Translations under genes and position numbers: made by a program
Assembly (NCBI GenBank): GCA_942493095.1
Contig: OW818675.1
Span: 1,800,001-1,832,000 of the forward strand
Length of the DNA stretch: 32,000 nt
Direction of reading: 5' to 3'
From: Candidatus Electronema halotolerans
GTDB lineage: Bacteria > Desulfobacterota > Desulfobulbia > Desulfobulbales > Desulfobulbaceae
Notes under the pieces: model-generated
Told to the model about the DNA's origin: nothing
Databases searched by the model: none
Seen by the model: only the letters and a program-made list of their open reading frames with translations
In this document: positions 26,475 to 32,000 of the stretch, piece after piece
How the letters are laid out: every line of letters begins with the position of its first letter
Position numbering within the stretch: position 1 is the first letter of the stretch

Positions 26475-27634
26475 CCTGGTGGGTTGCAGCGAGTTGTCAC
26501 CTGTCGGCGGTCAGCACCTTGATGGCCTTTTGCCCCAGCTCGGTCGTGTGCATCATCTGGCCGAACTGGGCCGCAACCTTGGACGGGCCATAGGTCAGAA
26601 CTGGCACAGGCTCATTGGTGTGCGTGCCGGTGGCCCAGACCACAGACTGATATTTTGACTGAATACGCCCGATGATGTCCGCCCGCACCTTTGCTCCGTA
26701 CACGTAGAACTCTTCAAAGTCGTCGATTTTGGGAAAGGTCTTCGCACCTAAATATTCATGCCCTTCCACATAATATTTGTTCGGCTCCTCCTGCAAGACC
26801 TTGGCCGCTTCAGCTTTGCTGACAGGAAAGGCGGTGTTCTCGTTGATCAGTTCAGCAAGAGCGGCTGAAGTCTGCTTCTTCTTTGGCAGGGCATCAAACT
26901 GGGCCAGAATGGTCTGATAGCTTGCTTTTTGGGCATACAGCTTGTCCAGCACATCGTGCGGCACGAAATTATATTTTGGCGCAAACAATTCCTCTTGAAA
27001 CAGAACACCCGGCAGAGCCTTTGCCTGCGGCAGATTGCGGCGATTATAGCTGAAACCGAAGCCGCCAGTGGTGTGATCAGCCAGCACGACCAGCAGGGTG
27101 TCATCGCGCTGCTTGACCCAATCAAGAATAACGCGCAAGGTTTCGTCCATGACCAGCAGTTCATGCAGCAACCAGCCAGCATCATTGGCATGTTCCGCCT
27201 GATCAATCTGTCCGGCCTCGACCATCAGGAAAAAGCCGTTCTGCTGCTGGGCCAGCGTGGCAAGGGCCTTTTGCGTCATCTCTTTCAATTTAGGCACAGT
27301 GCGTTGCGGATTGTTCTGTTCCGCCTGCTGCTGCAAGGCATCCGGCATCATCGAACTGCTGAACAGGCCTAAAATTTTTCCACCCGCAGCCTGTTCAAGC
27401 TGCTGTTTGGTGAAAGCGACTGCGTAACCTTTCTGTTCAGCCTCGGCAATCAGATTGCGGCTGTCTTTGCGGGCAGATTTCAGCTCCACCGCGCCGCCGG
27501 TCATCTTGGCCAGTTCCTTATGGACCGCACTTGCAGTCTCGCCAGCTTCTTGCGGAATAAAATAACGCAGGCCGCCGGAGAGCATTACATCCGCGCCGTT
27601 GTTGAGCAGATCAACAGCAATTTCGTTCTCCTTA

Positions 27635-28677
27635 TAGCGGTTTCAGGTTGTATGGTTATCAGAAAAAGATTAAACTTGACTTGTCTGTTTTTTCCATTTT
27701 TTTACACACGGAGGTCTGCCATGATTTATTCTATTGATTTCAGAAAGAAAGTCTTGTCTGTTTATGAAAAACAGAAATCATTGAGAAGAACTGCAGATTT
27801 GCTTGACGTTTCCTATAAATTTGTTCAAAGTCTTGTAAAAAGATGGAAGACTGAGGGGACGCTTGAGCCGAAGCCTCATAAAGGCGGAAATCCTCCGAAA
27901 ATCAAGGAAGTTCATATGCCTTTTCTGACCAGCATGATTGATGACGAGAACGATCTTACGCTTGAAGAGATGTGTGATCGCTTATACGAGAAATTCAATT
28001 TAAAAATAGCACCTTCCACGCTGTGCGAAACTCTCGCCAGACTGAAAATCAGCCGGAAAAAAACTTTCCGCGATCCGGCGGCGTATAAAGAGGAAAATAT
28101 AGCAAAGACAGTTAATTACCTTGCAGGCCTGCTCGAGGCTGACAAAAAGAATTTCATCTTTATTGATGAGACAGGATGCTGTTTGAACATGTCGAGAAAA
28201 TTTGCAAGATCAAGAAAAGGAACAAGAGCTTTTTCAAAAAGACCTTCAGGTAAAGGGAAAAGAATAAGCATGATAGGAGCTGTAAAGTTTGGAAAAATAT
28301 TGAAGTGCATGAAATTTAAAGGCACCATGACAGGAGATGTCTTTTATTTCTATATAAAAAATTATCTTTTGAAATATCTTGACAGCAGCAAGACAGTCGT
28401 TCTTGACAATGCCAGTCCTCATAAAAACAAAGAAGCTCTCGCTTTGATCAGAAGTACAGGAGCGAAGATCATTTTCCTCCCTCCTTATCGTCCTGAACTG
28501 AACCCTATTGAATACTGCTGGTCAGTAATGAAAAACACTATAAGAAAATTGAAGCCGAGAACAGAGCGTGAGCTGATGGAAGCTTATGATATATCTCTGA
28601 AAACGGTTAAGTCAAAATCAATCAAATCGTTTTTCCGTCATTGCTGGGTTTGATATCTGTTCAATACGAAACCGCTA
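27635..28677 (+). mobile_element. IS630-family insertion sequence, about 1043 bp, inserted at a TA target
   Basis: Terminal inverted repeats tagcggtttc...gaaaccgcta, flanked by TA at 27633-27634 and 28678-28679. Removing the IS plus one TA gives an in-frame alkaline phosphatase. Confidence 0.93.
27721..28653 (+). CDS. IS630-family transposase (full length, DDE intact)
   Basis: N-terminal HTH (SLRRTADLLDVSYKFVQSLVKRW); catalytic blocks FIFIDETG, VVLDNASPHK and LPPYRPELNPIEYCW. Confidence 0.95.
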   Translation: MIYSIDFRKKVLSVYEKQKSLRRTADLLDVSYKFVQSLVKRWKTEGTLEPKPHKGGNPPKIKEVHMPFLTSMIDDENDLTLEEMCDRLYEKFNLKIAPSTLCETLARLKISRKKTFRDPAAYKEENIAKTVNYLAGLLEADKKNFIFIDETGCCLNMSRKFARSRKGTRAFSKRPSGKGKRISMIGAVKFGKILKCMKFKGTMTGDVFYFYIKNYLLKYLDSSKTVVLDNASPHKNKEALALIRSTGAKIIFLPPYRPELNPIEYCWSVMKNTIRKLKPRTERELMEAYDISLKTVKSKSIKSFFRHCWV

Positions 28678-29201
28678 TAGCGCGGCGGCTTTGATGCGCG
28701 GCAAAAGCGGCAGGAGTGGCATGAGTCAGGCGGGTGTCTGAGACCAGACCGGTCGCCTTGCCCATCTTCTTGGCCTTTTCCAAAATGGTTTCAACCGGAT
28801 TGCCCTGCGCATCCGCCCCGATCATTTCCGAACCGGCAGCCTTGCCGCTGGCGATCTGGGTTGCCGAAGCGGCTGAATCCGTAACCAGCACATTGGCCGC
28901 CTCATGCGAGGCAAAACCGATCACACCGGTGTCGGCCAGCTCCTCCAGTGCGGTTTTTGTTCCAGCAGCTTTGTACGGCGAGCTGGCGGCATATTTGGCG
29001 TAGCTGTCTAACAATCCAACCGCCGGAAAACCCATGCCGTCACCGATCATGAAAATGACATTGCGAATTTTCGGCTCAGGCTGCACCTGCGCAACCTGTT
29101 TTTTCTCCGGTGCGGCGCAGCCAGTGAACAGCAAGGCTGTTGCCAAGACCGCAAGACAGATTCTCTGCGGCACCATAAAAGTCATCACGTCATCTCCTTT
29201 C

Positions 29202-30800
29202 TCAAACCATGCCCGCCGCTTTCAGCAGACTGCTTTCCGGCCTGTCCGAGCCAAGTTCCTGCGCACCCGCCATTGCTCCCAGCAGCCGGTCGGCGAGCAC
29301 CTTGCCGAGCTGCACGCCCTCCTGATCAAAGGAGTTGATGTTCCAGCAGAAGCCTTGCAGAGCAATCCGGTTCTCGTACAATGCCAGCAGCGCGCCCATT
29401 GCGTAAGGCGTGAGCTGCTCGGCAATGAGCACCGAGCTGGGCCGGTTGCCTGCAAAGTGTTTGTTCGGATTGTCATGCTCGCGGCCTTGGGCCATTGCCA
29501 GAGACTGCGCCAGCATGTTGGCAACCAGCTTCTGCTGCGAGGTGGTGCCTTTGACCGTGATGTCGCGTCCGTGCTGCGAGCGCCGGAAGCCAATGAATTC
29601 TGCCGGGACGATTTCTGTGCCCTGATGGAGGAGCTGGTAAAAGGCGTGCTGGCCATTGGTGCCTGGCTCGCCCCAGACGATGGGGCCGGTTTTCCACGTC
29701 ACCGCCGTGCCAAGGCGGCTGACCTGCTTGCCGTTGCTCTCCATGTCGCACTGCTGGAGATGAGCCGGAAAGCGGAGCAAGGCTTGGCTGTAAGGCAGGA
29801 CGGCCACGGTATTGCAGCCAAGGAAATTGCGGTTCCATATCCCCAGCATGGCCATCAGCAAAGGCAGGTTGTCACGCATGGAACTGCTTTCAGCCACCTT
29901 GTCCATGTCGTTTGCCCCGCGCAGCAGCTCGACAAAGGCATCATAGCCAAGGGCAAAACCGAGCGTCACTCCGCCGACCATTGACGTGACAGAATAGCGG
30001 CCTCCGATGTAGTCGTACATATAGAACGAGGCAAGATACTTGGCCGGATCGTCCATCGGGCTGCCCGCGCCTGTAACCGCGATGAGATGCTTGGCCGGAT
30101 TCAGCCCGGCCTCAGTCAGGGCCGCCCGGACCAAGTCCTCGTTGGTGCGGGTTTCAAGGGTAGTGCCGCTCTTAGAAACTACGTTGATCAGGGTGCGGGA
30201 CAGATCAAGGCTGGCCAGCACAGCCGCAGCGTCGTCCGGGTCAACATTGGCGATGAACTTGGCCGAACGTCCTGGCAGACAGTATTTCTCCAAGGCTAAA
30301 TACAAGGCGCGGGGGCCGAGGTCAGAGCCGCCAATGCCCACTTGCAGCATGGTGGTGAACGGTTCGCCTTTGGCATTGCAAATTGCGCCGCTTTCTATCT
30401 CGGCAAGAAAGGCTTGCAGCCGAGCGAGCTGCTCCTTGGCCTGCGCAGTCGCTTCCGGGGCAAGGGGCGCATCGCTGAAAATATCCCGGCAGGCGGTGTG
30501 CAGAACCTGCCGCTCCTCGCTGGCATGACCGACGATCCGGTTCATGACCTTGCCGCGCTTCATGGCCTTGAACTGGTCAACCAAGCCAGCCTCGTCCGCC
30601 AAATCCTGCAAGGCGGTCAGGACACTGTCATCAACCCGCTGCGTTCCATAAAGCAGATCAAAACCGCAGGCTGAGGCTCGACAAGCAGCAATCCGTTCCG
30701 GCGGCAAACTGTCAGACCGGGCCAGATTACAGGGATTCTGCGCCAGCTCTGTCAGCCACTGGACGGTCTTCAGTTCGACAAAATTCTTCCAATGCTTCAT
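29202..30800 (-). CDS. pgi: Glucose-6-phosphate isomerase
   Basis: MLQVGIGGSDLGPRALYLAL, NVVSKSGTTLETRTNEDLVR, GRYSVTSMVGGVTLGFALGYDAF, SFDQEGVQLGKVLADRL. The start is set at MKHWKNF, after aaggag. Confidence 0.95.
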   Translation of the reverse strand: MKHWKNFVELKTVQWLTELAQNPCNLARSDSLPPERIAACRASACGFDLLYGTQRVDDSVLTALQDLADEAGLVDQFKAMKRGKVMNRIVGHASEERQVLHTACRDIFSDAPLAPEATAQAKEQLARLQAFLAEIESGAICNAKGEPFTTMLQVGIGGSDLGPRALYLALEKYCLPGRSAKFIANVDPDDAAAVLASLDLSRTLINVVSKSGTTLETRTNEDLVRAALTEAGLNPAKHLIAVTGAGSPMDDPAKYLASFYMYDYIGGRYSVTSMVGGVTLGFALGYDAFVELLRGANDMDKVAESSSMRDNLPLLMAMLGIWNRNFLGCNTVAVLPYSQALLRFPAHLQQCDMESNGKQVSRLGTAVTWKTGPIVWGEPGTNGQHAFYQLLHQGTEIVPAEFIGFRRSQHGRDITVKGTTSQQKLVANMLAQSLAMAQGREHDNPNKHFAGNRPSSVLIAEQLTPYAMGALLALYENRIALQGFCWNINSFDQEGVQLGKVLADRLLGAMAGAQELGSDRPESSLLKAAGMV

Positions 30801-30817
30801 GATCATCTCCTTTTTTT

Positions 30818-31093
30818 TCACCAGACCAGCAAATCTAACGAATACAGATATGCGAATGCCAGCAGAGAGCCGACTATGCCCAGCCAGACATCGTCCCAGC
30901 TCCAGAGCTGCTTGCTCCAGAGATCAAGGGCCTCTTTGACCACATTGACCACAATGCCGGAAAGATAGAGCGGCGGCCAATACACGCCCAGCAGGGTGAG
31001 GGCAAAGCCCCAGAAAAAGTGCGCTTGGAGGTCGAAGCGGAAAATTCGCATCACGATCTCGCCCCAGTGCTTGTATCGCTCCAGCAGGCTCAT
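30818..31093 (-). CDS. Small putative inner-membrane protein (91 aa)
   Basis: Overlaps the rpe stop by 4 bp (translational coupling). Two or three hydrophobic segments ([44 protein letters not shown]). Confidence 0.75.
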   Translation of the reverse strand: MSLLERYKHWGEIVMRIFRFDLQAHFFWGFALTLLGVYWPPLYLSGIVVNVVKEALDLWSKQLWSWDDVWLGIVGSLLAFAYLYSLDLLVW

Positions 31094-31758
31094 TGCTTGA
31101 ATCCAGCCAGCTCCTTCATCTCCCGGATCACGGCGGCGTAATCCGGCTGACCATAGACAGCCGAACCAGCCACAAAGATATTGGCTCCGGCCTCAGCCAT
31201 TGCCTTGATCGTCTTGGGACTGATGCCGCCGTCAATTTCAATCCCTGCCGCCGGGTTGACCTGATCAAGCATGGCCCGCAGCTTGCGGCACTTGCCGAGC
31301 GTGGATTCAATGAAGGACTGGCCGCCAAAGCCAGGATTGACGCTCATCAGCATGACCAAATCCACTTCTTCGAGCACGTATTCCAGCGCAGAGAGCGGCG
31401 TGGCCGGATTCAGGACTGCGCCCGCCTTTTTGCCCAATTTGCGGATCGCGTTCAAGGTTCGGTGGAGATGGACGCAGGCTTCGGCATGAACCGTGATCCA
31501 GTCTGCCCCGGCCTCAGCAAAATCCTGCACATAGCGGTCCGGTTCAGTGATCATCAGGTGGACATCCAAGGGCAGCTTGGTCACTTGCCGGGCCGCCTTG
31601 ACCACCAGCGGGCCAATGGTGATGGCTGGAACAAAATGCCCGTCCATCACGTCAATATGGATAACATCAGCCCCAGCCTCCTCCACTGCCTTGATCTCCT
31701 CGCCAAGGCGGGAGAAATCAGCGGAAAGGATGGAAGGGGCGAGCATGAGGTTTTTCAT
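31090..31758 (-). CDS. rpe: Ribulose-phosphate 3-epimerase
   Basis: [82 protein letters not shown]. Confidence 0.97.
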   Translation of the reverse strand: MKNLMLAPSILSADFSRLGEEIKAVEEAGADVIHIDVMDGHFVPAITIGPLVVKAARQVTKLPLDVHLMITEPDRYVQDFAEAGADWITVHAEACVHLHRTLNAIRKLGKKAGAVLNPATPLSALEYVLEEVDLVMLMSVNPGFGGQSFIESTLGKCRKLRAMLDQVNPAAGIEIDGGISPKTIKAMAEAGANIFVAGSAVYGQPDYAAVIREMKELAGFKQ

Positions 31759-32000
31759 GGTCTTTCCTTTGCTTCAACAGGAACGGCGCAGCAGGATTTT
31801 GTGCCGACAGAATATATCGAGAAACTTACCACGATCAGGCTTGCGCTGGCAAGGGGAGTTCAACAGCGGCGACAGGCGAATGAACATAACCGGTCTGCAG
31901 ATGCGCATTTTTTTATTTTCCTCAGCCAGTCTTCCTGATAAGCTGCACCGGACATCTCCTTCAATCTCAACAGCCAGCAGGCAGCCCATAATGAGCAGCA

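Larger units (their letters stand above)
26497..29188 (-). pseudogene. phoA-like: Alkaline phosphatase (lipoprotein-type signal), interrupted by an IS630-family element
   Basis: The N-terminal half (about 28678-29188) has lipobox LLFTGCAA, VIFMIGDGMGFP, VTDSAASATQIASGKA and THATPAAFAAH. The C-terminal half (about 26497-27634) has VMLSGGL, MVEAGQIDQAEHAND, VVLADHTTGGFG and GTHTNEPVPVLTYG. Both halves are otherwise open and in the same orientation. Confidence 0.93.

Noticed and set aside
27520-27720. Extended N-terminus of the IS630 transposase ORF (MDRTCSLASFLRNKITQ...)
   Set aside because: This stretch is read from the disrupted phosphatase and the IS left end. The transposase proper starts at MIYSIDFRKK (27721), inside the element.
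31093-31938. 281-aa plus-strand ORF opposite rpe
   Set aside because: Antisense shadow; rpe is unambiguous on the minus strand.
31774-31989. 71-aa ORF at the right edge
   Set aside because: No domain, weak start context and close to the window edge; cannot be supported.

Overview
This 32-kb window looks like bacterial chromosome with mostly intact housekeeping and envelope genes. Gene content and codon style suggest Desulfobacterota, possibly Desulfobulbaceae; that placement is inference only. From left to right it contains:
- a 5'-truncated VWA/TerF-like gene and terD
- a secreted protein with tandem carboxypeptidase-regulatory-like modules, including a near-perfect 345-bp tandem duplication
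- a visibly AT-richer TMTC-like glycosyltransferase with TPRs
- glyS, a small hypothetical gene and bamA, all on the minus strand
- a compact plus-strand block: APH-like phosphotransferase, HAD hydrolase, multihaem cytochrome c, membrane protein with an in-register 120-bp TPR array, small hypothetical, SDR-like protein and MscS-like channel
- mqnE and a dus gene
- corA, an IS66-family element (ends and 8-bp TSD resolved), an alkaline phosphatase gene split by an IS630-family element (ends and TA target resolved), pgi, a small membrane protein and rpe.

The most noteworthy points are:
(1) Removing the IS630 element and one TA restores the phosphatase reading frame.
(2) A decayed 62-bp copy of the pgi 3' tail sits on the far side of the phosphatase gene.
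(3) Several strong palindromes share GTAGGGRC...GYCCCTAC ends, and some sit at gene boundaries.
(4) The kinase/HAD/multihaem-cytochrome/TPR block may be an uncharacterised locus.

I saw no CRISPR array, rRNA or tRNA, and no clear defence system. No database search was possible, so family calls rest on motif recognition.
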